Virus record (IMG/VR): IMGVR_UViG_3300020578_004316
Location: 1-52,932 of that record
Length of the DNA: 52,932 nucleotides
Origin: a virus
Lineage: Duplodnaviria; Caudoviricetes
Strand: one strand, 5' to 3'
Made by a program: the position numbers and the translations under genes. Below are positions 9,543 through 18,693 of this stretch, piece after piece (the first letter of the stretch is position 1; every line of letters begins with the position of its first letter). The notes under the pieces are model-generated. The model saw nothing but the letters and a program-made list of their open reading frames with translations, did no database searches and was not told where the DNA came from.

Positions 9543-11833
9543 TGAAAAAGACCCTACAAGATCAGTATTTATCAATCAAAGAAGGTAAAGGACATAAAGG
9601 TGTTTTCCTTACAGAGGCAAAACGTCAATTTCCAAACATTGTACGCAACGCTGCTACATTTGATGAAGCAGTAGCATCACTTAAAACTAAAAACATCATT
9701 TCAGAAAATATAATTTCGGTGATGCCTGCAATTATGGATCGTCCTAAAAAAGAATCTTATGAAACTGCATTTGAAGCATTTTTAGCTGAAGCTAGAAAAG
9801 CAAAAGAAAACGAAGACGAGAAAGTTAAAGCAGAAGAGAAAAAAGTTTCTAAACCTGTAGAAAAAGATCTTGAAAAAAACTTTGACTATTCAGACGAAAA
9901 AAATCCTGATAACATGATCTTTGATCAAATTATGATGGGTTACTATGCTGAAATGAAAGATCCTAAAAATGCTGATAAAACGATGCAAGAATTAAAAGAC
10001 ATCGTATTTAAAAACTTATCAAAAGATCCAATCCATTATACAAAAGATGGTCAATTTGGAATTAAAGATTTAGGATATGTAACTGAACACCCTGGTTTAG
10101 GTGAGCCAAAAGAAGCTAAAGGAAAATACAAGTCAAGTGGATATGGTGATTTAAAAGAGTCTATCCAACCAAAACTTACATCAGATGAAGCATCTAAGTT
10201 ATTTGACTACCATGAAAGGACAGGAATGCTCCCTAAAGATATGACTTCAGAAGAATATGATGAAATAATGTCATATTATAATATTAAAAGAAATTATGAT
10301 GATGATACTGACCCTGCAGGTGGAAGTGGTTTACATAGCCATTTAGAAGAAGCTAAATTACGCAAAGTAATTCGTGAAATGATTGATGAAGAAATTGACG
10401 AAGCTGTTTATTTTGATCCTCAACCAAACCCACTAAAAGATTTAACAAAAATGTTAGTTAGTGCTGGAATAAATGCTGAACTAAGAGGACTTAATTATGA
10501 TTTTATTAGAGTTGATGACGACAAATATGAAATAAGCTTACAAAATGGAATGTATCGCGTTAGAGATTTAAGTAAAGTTGGATCACCTATTGTAGGAAAA
10601 TATAATACTCCACAAGAAGTTGTTGCCTATTTTACAAAACTATCTAAGTCAAGTTTTCCAAAAGAATATAGACCTTTTCATATTGATAGAAGTTTAGAAG
10701 AAACTAAATTACGCAAAATAATTCGTGAAATGGTTGATGCTGAATTAGAAGAAGCAGGTAGAGGTTTCGCTACTATGGGAACTATTAATCTTAAAGGTGA
10801 CGGTGATGGAAAATTATTTATCCCTAAATACTACATTTTACCTCCTGTAGCTAGGAAAAAACTTAACTTGTTAAATCCTGGAGAAAACGCCCCAGCATAT
10901 AATGAGTCTATGATGATTCCTCATATAAAAGTTTTACCTGATAATACAATTTTATTTTCAAATTATCTTGTACTTGCTCTAGATAACCCTTCAGATAATA
11001 GAAATCCTCTTAACAATATTTTAAAAAGTCTTGATTCAAATTTTTATTGGAGTCAGTTTAAAACATATATTAAAAAGTTTATTGGTACTAATACATTAAA
11101 GTATCCTATTAAAGGAAAAGATGTTATATATCAAGCTCTTGAATTTCCTAGTGATTTTGAAGTATTAAAATTAAAAGATTGGGTTGAAAATGAACTTTCA
11201 AAACAATATGCTAAACTTCAAAAAGCTGAATCTGGTGTAATAGGAAGAGGACGCCCAGTTAACATTGAAAGTTTAAAGAAATTTATAGCTAATTTAGAAG
11301 TTCTTAATCAAGATCCTGAAGGTGGAATGGTAGTTGTTTTACCTCAAATGTTTGAAGAATCATATGATGCAGAATCTTTACGTGAAAGTGTAGAAAAAGA
11401 TTTAGCTGATATAAACAAAGAAGCAGAACACGAAGTTCTACAAGCTAAATTAGACAAAATTGACGCACTAATTGACCATAGACGTTCAAAACTTACTAAA
11501 CTTGATGAAGATGAGGATATGAAAGCTTTAACTGACAAGAAAAAGGTTAAAGAACTTGAAAAAGACATCAAAAAACTAGAGCAAGCAAAAGCAAAAGTTG
11601 AAAAAATGATGTCCAAATTTAAAGGCAAGAAAAAAGAAGATAAAGAAGTTATTGATGAAATGGAAGATGAACCTTCATCTGAATACATGGAATATAAAAA
11701 AGATGCTGAACGTCGTTATGATGAAGGACAAGATATTGATTCTATTATAGACACTTACACCAACATTCCTTTAGATATGAAAAATCAATTACGTGATGAT
11801 TTAGAAGGAAAAATGAATGGAATGGATTTTTAA
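9542..11833 (+). CDS. Large prohead core / internal protein with repeated linkers
   Basis: Two LEExKLRKxIREMxDxEIxEA linkers; lies immediately upstream of the protease. Confidence 0.55.
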   Translation: MKKTLQDQYLSIKEGKGHKGVFLTEAKRQFPNIVRNAATFDEAVASLKTKNIISENIISVMPAIMDRPKKESYETAFEAFLAEARKAKENEDEKVKAEEKKVSKPVEKDLEKNFDYSDEKNPDNMIFDQIMMGYYAEMKDPKNADKTMQELKDIVFKNLSKDPIHYTKDGQFGIKDLGYVTEHPGLGEPKEAKGKYKSSGYGDLKESIQPKLTSDEASKLFDYHERTGMLPKDMTSEEYDEIMSYYNIKRNYDDDTDPAGGSGLHSHLEEAKLRKVIREMIDEEIDEAVYFDPQPNPLKDLTKMLVSAGINAELRGLNYDFIRVDDDKYEISLQNGMYRVRDLSKVGSPIVGKYNTPQEVVAYFTKLSKSSFPKEYRPFHIDRSLEETKLRKIIREMVDAELEEAGRGFATMGTINLKGDGDGKLFIPKYYILPPVARKKLNLLNPGENAPAYNESMMIPHIKVLPDNTILFSNYLVLALDNPSDNRNPLNNILKSLDSNFYWSQFKTYIKKFIGTNTLKYPIKGKDVIYQALEFPSDFEVLKLKDWVENELSKQYAKLQKAESGVIGRGRPVNIESLKKFIANLEVLNQDPEGGMVVVLPQMFEESYDAESLRESVEKDLADINKEAEHEVLQAKLDKIDALIDHRRSKLTKLDEDEDMKALTDKKKVKELEKDIKKLEQAKAKVEKMMSKFKGKKKEDKEVIDEMEDEPSSEYMEYKKDAERRYDEGQDIDSIIDTYTNIPLDMKNQLRDDLEGKMNGMDF
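10343..10755 (+). repeat. Intragenic ~62-bp direct repeat (10343..10404 and 10694..10755)
   Basis: ttagaagaa(g/a)ctaaattacgcaaa(g/a)taattcgtgaaatg(a/g)ttgatg occurs twice, in frame, 351 nt apart. Confidence 0.9.
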
Positions 11834-11835
11834 TT

Positions 11836-12468
11836 ATGGACAAGCAACTTTTAATAGAAACTAGACACTTTGTTCCCAAACCAGTAAAACTGATTGAGGG
11901 AATGAACAAAGGCGGAAATATTTTCGTTGAAGGTATATTAGCTACTGTTGAAGTTAAAAATGGAAACGGCCGTTACTATAAAAAAGAACTATGGGAACGC
12001 GAAATCGACAATTTTATACGCAAAATCAAACAACATTCTACTGAAACAGTAGGTGAGTTGGACCACCCCGATTCTCAAGTAATTAACCTACGTAATGCAT
12101 CACATGCAATTCGTGAAGTATGGTGGAGAGGAGATGAAATCCATGGAAAAGTAGAAATATTTTCTGACCCAGGTGACTTAGGAACTACCTCAGGACGTAT
12201 TGCTGGAGCATTAGTTAGAAATGGTTTAATTATTGGTGTTTCTTCTCGTGGGATGGGATCATTAAAACAAATGGGTGAGGTAATGGAAGTACAAGACGAT
12301 TTTGAACTATTAACATGGGATCTTGTTTCTAATCCATCTAACCCAGATTCATGGATGAAAAATGGAGCATTAAATGAATCTAGATCTACTTATCTTAACC
12401 AGTATGCTCGTACTAATTCAATTATTACTGAAATTTTATGTGCAAAAGGTACGTGTCCGTTATTTTAA
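11836..12468 (+). CDS. Prohead core protease (gp21-like)
   Basis: NGNGRYY, GELDHP, GVSSRGMGS, DLVSNPS motifs. Confidence 0.95.
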   Translation: MDKQLLIETRHFVPKPVKLIEGMNKGGNIFVEGILATVEVKNGNGRYYKKELWEREIDNFIRKIKQHSTETVGELDHPDSQVINLRNASHAIREVWWRGDEIHGKVEIFSDPGDLGTTSGRIAGALVRNGLIIGVSSRGMGSLKQMGEVMEVQDDFELLTWDLVSNPSNPDSWMKNGALNESRSTYLNQYARTNSIITEILCAKGTCPLF

Positions 12469-12490
12469 AATATGCAAACCGGTAAAAATT

Positions 12491-12516
12491 GCCCTTTTTT
12501 TAAGGGCTTTTTTTTT
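12491..12516 (+). terminator. Rho-independent terminator after protease
   Basis: GCCCTT/AAGGGC stem followed by T9. Confidence 0.7.
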
Positions 12517-12652
12517 GCTTTTGCGACTTTAACATTTTTCTTACATATATATAACACGAATATGCTACCCCTCACATTATGTAGCATTATATTAAAAAAA
12601 TTCTATTACGTTTTTTAATAAACGTACTTTCCCAACAAATAATTTAGGAAAA

Positions 12653-13684
12653 ATGGCAACAAACAGAGACTTGCTTAAAGAAGCAATCGCAGATGCTAAA
12701 GCTGTTAAAGAAACTGCTATCGCAAATGCAAAAGCTGCTCTAGAAGAAGCCTTCACACCTCAATTGAAATCAATGTTTGCCGCAAAACTTCAAGAAATAG
12801 AACTCGACGAAGATCTTGAAGAAAACTACGGTATGTCTGAAGATGAAAAAATGAAAGAAGCTAAAGACATAAATAAAATGGATGAAGCTGAATACATAGA
12901 TGAAACTGAAGATACAATGAATGAAATTGATTTGGAAGAGCTTTTACGTGAGCTAGAATTAGAAGAAGATGATATGGGAGAAAATCTTTACGAAGCTGAA
13001 GGAGATGACGAAGACGATACAGATGTATCTGATGAAGAATCTGAAGAAGGTGAAGAAGAAGGTGAACCACTAGACCTCGAAGACATGACAGATGAAGATC
13101 TTAAAGATATCATCGAAGATGTTATTAAAGACATGATCGCATCAGGTGAACTTGAAGCTGGTCATGAAGGTATGGGTGATGAAGAAGGAATGGAAGTGAA
13201 AGATGAAGAAGTAGATTTAGCTGAATTGCTACGCGAAATCGAAGAAATGGAAGATGTTGATTCATTAGAAGAAGCTAAAAAGAAAAAAGAAGAGAAAAAA
13301 GAAGAAAAAGAAGACGAAGACAAGAAAAAAATGAAAAAAGAACTTGACGAAGCTTATTCTGCAATTAAATCTCTTAAAGCTGAATTAAATGAAATTAACT
13401 TGTTAAATGCTAAACTTCTTTATACTAACAAAATCTTCAAAGCTAAAAATTTGAACGAAAGTCAAAAAGTAAAAGTGTTAAGTTCGTTTGACAAAGCTAC
13501 TACTGTAGGTGAAGTAAAATTAGTATTTGAAACTTTAAACGAGGGAATTAAAGTTGCTAAAAATACAATTAAAGAAAACTTAGGTAGTGCTTCTAAATCG
13601 ACAATTACACCAAACGTTAAAAAACCAATCGTAGAGTCAAACGATGCATTCTTACGTATGCAAAAATTGGCTGGAATAATTTAA
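12653..13684 (+). CDS. Prohead scaffold protein (gp22-equivalent)
   Basis: Very acidic coiled-coil protein between protease and capsid, with many (L/I)xE sites. Confidence 0.85.
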   Translation: MATNRDLLKEAIADAKAVKETAIANAKAALEEAFTPQLKSMFAAKLQEIELDEDLEENYGMSEDEKMKEAKDINKMDEAEYIDETEDTMNEIDLEELLRELELEEDDMGENLYEAEGDDEDDTDVSDEESEEGEEEGEPLDLEDMTDEDLKDIIEDVIKDMIASGELEAGHEGMGDEEGMEVKDEEVDLAELLREIEEMEDVDSLEEAKKKKEEKKEEKEDEDKKKMKKELDEAYSAIKSLKAELNEINLLNAKLLYTNKIFKAKNLNESQKVKVLSSFDKATTVGEVKLVFETLNEGIKVAKNTIKENLGSASKSTITPNVKKPIVESNDAFLRMQKLAGII

Positions 13685-13712
13685 TTAACAATTTAAAACA
13701 AAAACAAACAAA

Positions 13713-15410
13713 ATGTCAAGTATTAATTCTTTATTAGAAAGCTCGGCTTCTGGATGGAAAAACATGCAGAACGATGCTGCTCGTATGGCCGCTAAATGGG
13801 GCAAAACGGGATTATTAGAAGGATTGAATAGTGAAGTTGAGAAAAACAACATGGCTTTAATCCTCGAAAACCAAGCAAAACAACTTGTTGTTGAGCAATC
13901 TTCTACAAACGTAGGTGGTGCTAACTTCGTTGTAGGACAAGGTGAGCAATGGGCTGGAGTAGCTCTTCCATTGGTACGTAAAGTATTCGGTTCTTTATCA
14001 TCTAAAGAATTCGTTTCTGTACAACCAATGAATTTGCCTTCTGGTCTTGTATTCTTCCTAGATTTCCAATATGGCGATGCTAATGGAAAAGTTGCTCCTA
14101 TCGGAAATTTTGGCCCTGGTGGTAACACTTATGGCGCTACTTCATCTATGTATGGTAATACCAACCCTGGAGCGGCTAACGATGCTAGCCAAGGTTTATA
14201 TGGTGCTGGTAGATTTGCTTATTCAATCAACCAATTCTCTGCATCAATCACTAACGTAACTGTTGCTACAGCTTCTTGGAGTAACCTACAGTATGGTGCT
14301 GAATTTTTAACAACTTCACAATCATACACTCGTGTTGATGTTCCGTTAACAACTGTTTCCAATTATGACTCTAAAGGAGTTCGTGCATTTGTTATAGCTT
14401 CAGGCTCAACATTAACTGCTGCTACTAATGCTTTATTATTGCCACAGTTTACTACTGTAACTAATAATACAGCATCATTTATCTTTGATGGTGCGGTAGG
14501 TGCTTTAAATATTCCACAAGCAGGTACTAACCAATTATTCTACAATATCCAACCAGTTGATAACAACCGTGGTGATTTTGAAGATAAATCAAACACAGCA
14601 ACTCCACTAGCTGGTGGTTATCCTAATGCTGATTCTACAGCTGCTGATCAATTAGCTATTCCTCAAATCAATATCCAAATGAAATCTGAGGCTATTGTTG
14701 CTAAAACTCGTAAGTTAAAAGCACAATGGACACCAGAATTTGCTCAAGATTTGAATGCATACCAATCTTTGGATGCTGAAGCTGAATTAACTTCAATCAT
14801 GAGCGAATATATTGCATTGGAAATTGACCTTGAAGTAATCGATATGTTGATCCAAGATGCTTCTGCATGGGATGAATACTGGAACGTAGAGAACAACCAA
14901 GCATTAAATTTTAATAAAACAGGATATATTGATCTTGGATTCTTTAATACCCAAGGTCAGTGGTTCCAAACACTAGGAACTAAAATGCAAAAAGTTTCTA
15001 ATAAAATTCACCAAAAGACTTTACGTGGTGGTGCAAACTTTATCGTAACTTCTCCAAGTGTAGCAACTATCCTTGAATCAATCCCAGGATTTGCTTCATC
15101 TTCTGATGGTGATGTAACAAAAGCAAGCTATGCATTTGGTATCCAAAAAGCAGGTCAAATGAATAACCGTTATACAGTTTACAAAAACCCTTACATGACC
15201 GAAGGTCTAATGTTGATGGGTTATAGAGGATCTCAATTCCTTGAAACTGGTGCGGTATTTGCTCCATATGTACCTCTAATTATGACTCCATTAGTGTACG
15301 ATCCAGACACATTTACTCCACGTAAAGGTCTATTGACTCGTTACGCTAAGAAAATGATTCGTCCTGAATTTTTTGGTCGTATCTTTATTTCTAACTTAAA
15401 CCTTGTTTAA
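13713..15410 (+). CDS. Major capsid protein (gp23-like)
   Basis: LENQ, VSVQPMNLPSGLVF, AKTRKLKAQWTPEFAQDL, APYVPL, FTPRKGLLTRY. Confidence 0.97.
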   Translation: MSSINSLLESSASGWKNMQNDAARMAAKWGKTGLLEGLNSEVEKNNMALILENQAKQLVVEQSSTNVGGANFVVGQGEQWAGVALPLVRKVFGSLSSKEFVSVQPMNLPSGLVFFLDFQYGDANGKVAPIGNFGPGGNTYGATSSMYGNTNPGAANDASQGLYGAGRFAYSINQFSASITNVTVATASWSNLQYGAEFLTTSQSYTRVDVPLTTVSNYDSKGVRAFVIASGSTLTAATNALLLPQFTTVTNNTASFIFDGAVGALNIPQAGTNQLFYNIQPVDNNRGDFEDKSNTATPLAGGYPNADSTAADQLAIPQINIQMKSEAIVAKTRKLKAQWTPEFAQDLNAYQSLDAEAELTSIMSEYIALEIDLEVIDMLIQDASAWDEYWNVENNQALNFNKTGYIDLGFFNTQGQWFQTLGTKMQKVSNKIHQKTLRGGANFIVTSPSVATILESIPGFASSSDGDVTKASYAFGIQKAGQMNNRYTVYKNPYMTEGLMLMGYRGSQFLETGAVFAPYVPLIMTPLVYDPDTFTPRKGLLTRYAKKMIRPEFFGRIFISNLNLV

Positions 15411-15437
15411 GATTTAAGTAAATAAAAAGTCTAAGAA

Positions 15438-15463
15438 AGCCTGGCGAAAGCCGGGCTTTTTTT
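15438..15463 (+). terminator. Rho-independent terminator after capsid gene
   Basis: AGCCTGGC-GAAA-GCCGGGCT hairpin followed by T-run. Confidence 0.9.
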
Positions 15464-15499
15464 ATTTTCCCTACAATATTTATTAACAAATATAGTTAT

Positions 15500-16198
15500 A
15501 TGAGTGATTTTAATAGAACACAGCAAGCACAAGAGGTTTTTAAAGAAAAAAGAAAACCAAAAGGTCCAATCAAATTTAACATTCAATTAAACGAAGAACA
15601 AAAATTAGCTAAAGCTAAAATTTTAACAGATGTAGTAACTATTTTACGTGGCAAAGCAGGATCAGGTAAATCTTTATTAGCAGCAAACGTTGCTCTTAAC
15701 ATGCTATTTAATAAAGAAATTGAAAAAATTATTATCACTCGACCAACTGTAGTAGCAGGACAAGATATTGGATTTCTTCCAGGTGATGTCAATGAAAAAT
15801 TAGCCCCATTTACTGCTCCTGTATATGAAAATATGCACCGTTTATATAGCAAAGAAAAAATTGAAAAATGTATAGCGGAAGGTGAAATAGAAATTGTACC
15901 AGTTTCATTTATGCGAGGTAGAAACTTTACAAACTGTTTAGTTGTAGTAGATGAAGCACAAAACCTAACAGACAATCAAACAGAATTACTTTTAACTCGT
16001 ATTTGTTCAGGTAGTAAAATGATTTTTTGTGGTGATGGTGCACAAATTGACTTACGAGATAAAAAAACATCTGGGTTTGATGTTATATGCAAACATATGA
16101 AAGAAGTACCTGGATTTAATGTAATTACCTTAGAAAAAAACCATAGACATCCAATAGTAGACGATATTTTAGAAGTATACAAATCTTTCAGAGGCTAG
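15500..16198 (+). CDS. phoH: PhoH-family ATPase
   Basis: GKAGSGKS, IGFLPGD..EK, FMRGRNF, VVDEAQN, GD..QIDL, RHPIV. Confidence 0.95.
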   Translation: MSDFNRTQQAQEVFKEKRKPKGPIKFNIQLNEEQKLAKAKILTDVVTILRGKAGSGKSLLAANVALNMLFNKEIEKIIITRPTVVAGQDIGFLPGDVNEKLAPFTAPVYENMHRLYSKEKIEKCIAEGEIEIVPVSFMRGRNFTNCLVVVDEAQNLTDNQTELLLTRICSGSKMIFCGDGAQIDLRDKKTSGFDVICKHMKEVPGFNVITLEKNHRHPIVDDILEVYKSFRG

Positions 16199-16221
16199 CC
16201 ATATTTATAAATAAAATATAA

Positions 16222-16710
16222 ATGGCCAATTTGTATGTAACCATTACTGAGGAAATTACTCTTCCAAACAATACTACTGAAAAAACTTATGTGTTTAAAA
16301 ACATTTCAGGAATTAACCAAATAGTTCGCCGTGTAGATACTATTGCTACTACTTTTAGTGGTTCAGGTATTGAAATTATCCGCTTTTGTAATAGTGAAGA
16401 AGAACAAACAGGTGGAGCATTTGTAAAATCTCAAGTACAATATATTAGAATTACAAACATATCAACCCAATATAACACTTCAGTATATTTAGTTGCAAAC
16501 GATAATACCGAAAGTGCATTATTTGATTTAGCTCCTGGAAAATCTATAATGTTAGGGGATACTGAGATAAACACCCCATCAATTAATGATTATGTTGTAG
16601 ATGGGTATGTTGATGAAGCTTATTATAGCGATTTTGTATATTTAAGCTCTATAAAAGCAAAAGCAATCGGAGGAAATACACAATTAGAATATTTTGTAGC
16701 ATCCACTTAA
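16222..16710 (+). CDS. Hypothetical virion protein (beta-rich)
   Basis: Late motif upstream; position in structural module. Confidence 0.55.
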   Translation: MANLYVTITEEITLPNNTTEKTYVFKNISGINQIVRRVDTIATTFSGSGIEIIRFCNSEEEQTGGAFVKSQVQYIRITNISTQYNTSVYLVANDNTESALFDLAPGKSIMLGDTEINTPSINDYVVDGYVDEAYYSDFVYLSSIKAKAIGGNTQLEYFVAST

Positions 16711-16729
16711 TATTTATAAATAAAAGAAA

Positions 16730-17080
16730 ATGGCAAATTTAACTTTAAGACAAGTAAAAGGTTCTCCACTTACTATCGCTGAATTAGATGGTAACTTTGA
16801 ATACTTTACAGGTTCACATGCAATAACAGGTTCACTTATAGTAACCGGTGGAATTACAGGAAGTATTTCAGGAGATGTTACAGCATCTTATTTAAGTCCT
16901 TTACAACAAGATGTTCAACTTACTGGATCTTTAGTAGTTGATGAAGGATATATTGCTAATTTCCCAACAAATTCTATCTCCTTATTTATTCCTCCAGGAT
17001 ACAATGCATTATTAGTAGGACCTGTTTATAATTCAGGTTCAATTATTGTAAGCACTGGTTCTAGATTAGTAATACTATAA
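16730..17080 (+). CDS. Short fibre/adaptor-like virion protein
   Basis: LR..KGSPLT.AELDGNF N-terminus typical of fibre attachment; TGS repeats. Confidence 0.55.
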   Translation: MANLTLRQVKGSPLTIAELDGNFEYFTGSHAITGSLIVTGGITGSISGDVTASYLSPLQQDVQLTGSLVVDEGYIANFPTNSISLFIPPGYNALLVGPVYNSGSIIVSTGSRLVIL

Positions 17081-17089
17081 TATAAAAAA

Positions 17090-18613
17090 ATGAGTACATT
17101 AAGTGTAAATAACCTCGAACCTACCTCAGGAACTACAGTCATTATCAATGCTGACACTAAAATCATATCTGCTACCGGAAAAGAAATAGATCTTGGGGGT
17201 GCTACTAATGATTTTAGTGGATCGTTAAATGTAACTGGATCAATTGCTAATAAAGATGGTGACTTAATTATTAATAATGGTAACTTAATCCTTAAATCAG
17301 GATCTTTTGAATGCACTGGGTCATTTACAAACTCAGGTTCTGTGGATTTTGAAGGACCTACAACAGTAACTGGATCATTTGAAGTATTAGGTGATACTGA
17401 TTTTACTGGTAATATAACTATTAGTGGGTGTTTAGATATTAATTGTTATAATGATGAAGATAATCCTATTTTTTGGGCCGTAGATGGTAGAACAACTCCT
17501 GCTCCAAACGGATTTGAATATGTTTCTATTAACTTTAATACATATGGAAATTTAACAGTAGGAATTGCTGCAGCAGCTGTTGCTTCAAACAACGTATGTT
17601 ATATTTACGATTCTGCTACTGGAATATATGCCCCCTATGGATATGCAGGAACCAATTTTGATGGTGTAGTTACATATATTTCAGCTTCTGGTCCAGATAT
17701 TGCTACAGGAACAATAGTTCAAATTGGTTTTCCGTTCCCTATTTCAGGAGCTATACCAATTTACCCAATTGGGACAGGATCTATAACCCCAGTTGCTTCT
17801 TTTTGCTGTGATGAAATTACATTATACAGTGATGTAACAATTTCCGGTGGATTAGATGTATATGGTCCTACAAATTTACATGATGGATTAATTGTAACAG
17901 GATGTATTGAAATGTATTGTCCTGGAGACGAAGCAACAGCATGGTATGGATATGAAGGATCAGTTAGATTTTCAAAATCTTCTGCTAGTGCATACCTTAA
18001 TTATGCTTGGTTAGATCCTTCTTATGGAGATGTTAGAACCCCTATTTCAGCATCTGCAGCTGCAAATGGAGGAACACTTCAATTATTTAATACAGCAACA
18101 GGAACTACTCAAACTGTAACTCATATAGGTTCAACTTGGACTCAAACTCTTACTATTATCGAGTATTCAACTTCAACACTTACAGCATTTAATCCAATGC
18201 CCGTAATTCATATTGGAAACCAAACTCCAAATCTACAATCATTTGGAGCTGATGTTTTAATGGGCTCAGGTTCATTAACTCCAACCCAAACCGCAACTTT
18301 TTGTTGTGATGGAAACGTATTATACGGAGATACAACATTTACTGGATCAGTTACAATTACAGGTTCAACTTCTACATCTGGTTCAGTTACAGTAACAGGA
18401 CCTACAGAAGTTACAGGTTCAGTAGACATTAAAGGAGATGGAAAAATTTCAGGATCTCTTGAAGTATCTGGAGGACTCGCTTTGCCTAGAGTATTAGATG
18501 GTCCCCCAGAATATACTGGTAAAAAAGGTGAAATAGTATTTGTAGTAAATTCCGACAACTATTTCTTTTATGTATACTTAAATAATGCCTGGAGATCAGG
18601 TTCTTTAGCATAA
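17090..18613 (+). CDS. Fibre protein 1
   Basis: MSTLxVN N-terminus shared with the next two genes, xxxTGS hexad repeats, C-terminal NNAWRSGSL. Confidence 0.7.
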   Translation: MSTLSVNNLEPTSGTTVIINADTKIISATGKEIDLGGATNDFSGSLNVTGSIANKDGDLIINNGNLILKSGSFECTGSFTNSGSVDFEGPTTVTGSFEVLGDTDFTGNITISGCLDINCYNDEDNPIFWAVDGRTTPAPNGFEYVSINFNTYGNLTVGIAAAAVASNNVCYIYDSATGIYAPYGYAGTNFDGVVTYISASGPDIATGTIVQIGFPFPISGAIPIYPIGTGSITPVASFCCDEITLYSDVTISGGLDVYGPTNLHDGLIVTGCIEMYCPGDEATAWYGYEGSVRFSKSSASAYLNYAWLDPSYGDVRTPISASAAANGGTLQLFNTATGTTQTVTHIGSTWTQTLTIIEYSTSTLTAFNPMPVIHIGNQTPNLQSFGADVLMGSGSLTPTQTATFCCDGNVLYGDTTFTGSVTITGSTSTSGSVTVTGPTEVTGSVDIKGDGKISGSLEVSGGLALPRVLDGPPEYTGKKGEIVFVVNSDNYFFYVYLNNAWRSGSLA

Positions 18614-18693
18614 AACATAATACAATTTAAAATTTAAGGCACCGTTTAAATGTTTTTTATTTTTTTTTTCATATTTATAAACAAAATAAAAAA

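Noticed and set aside
18631-18670. Terminator between fibre 1 and fibre 2
   Set aside because: Only a weak AT-rich stem before the T-run; not enough support to call.
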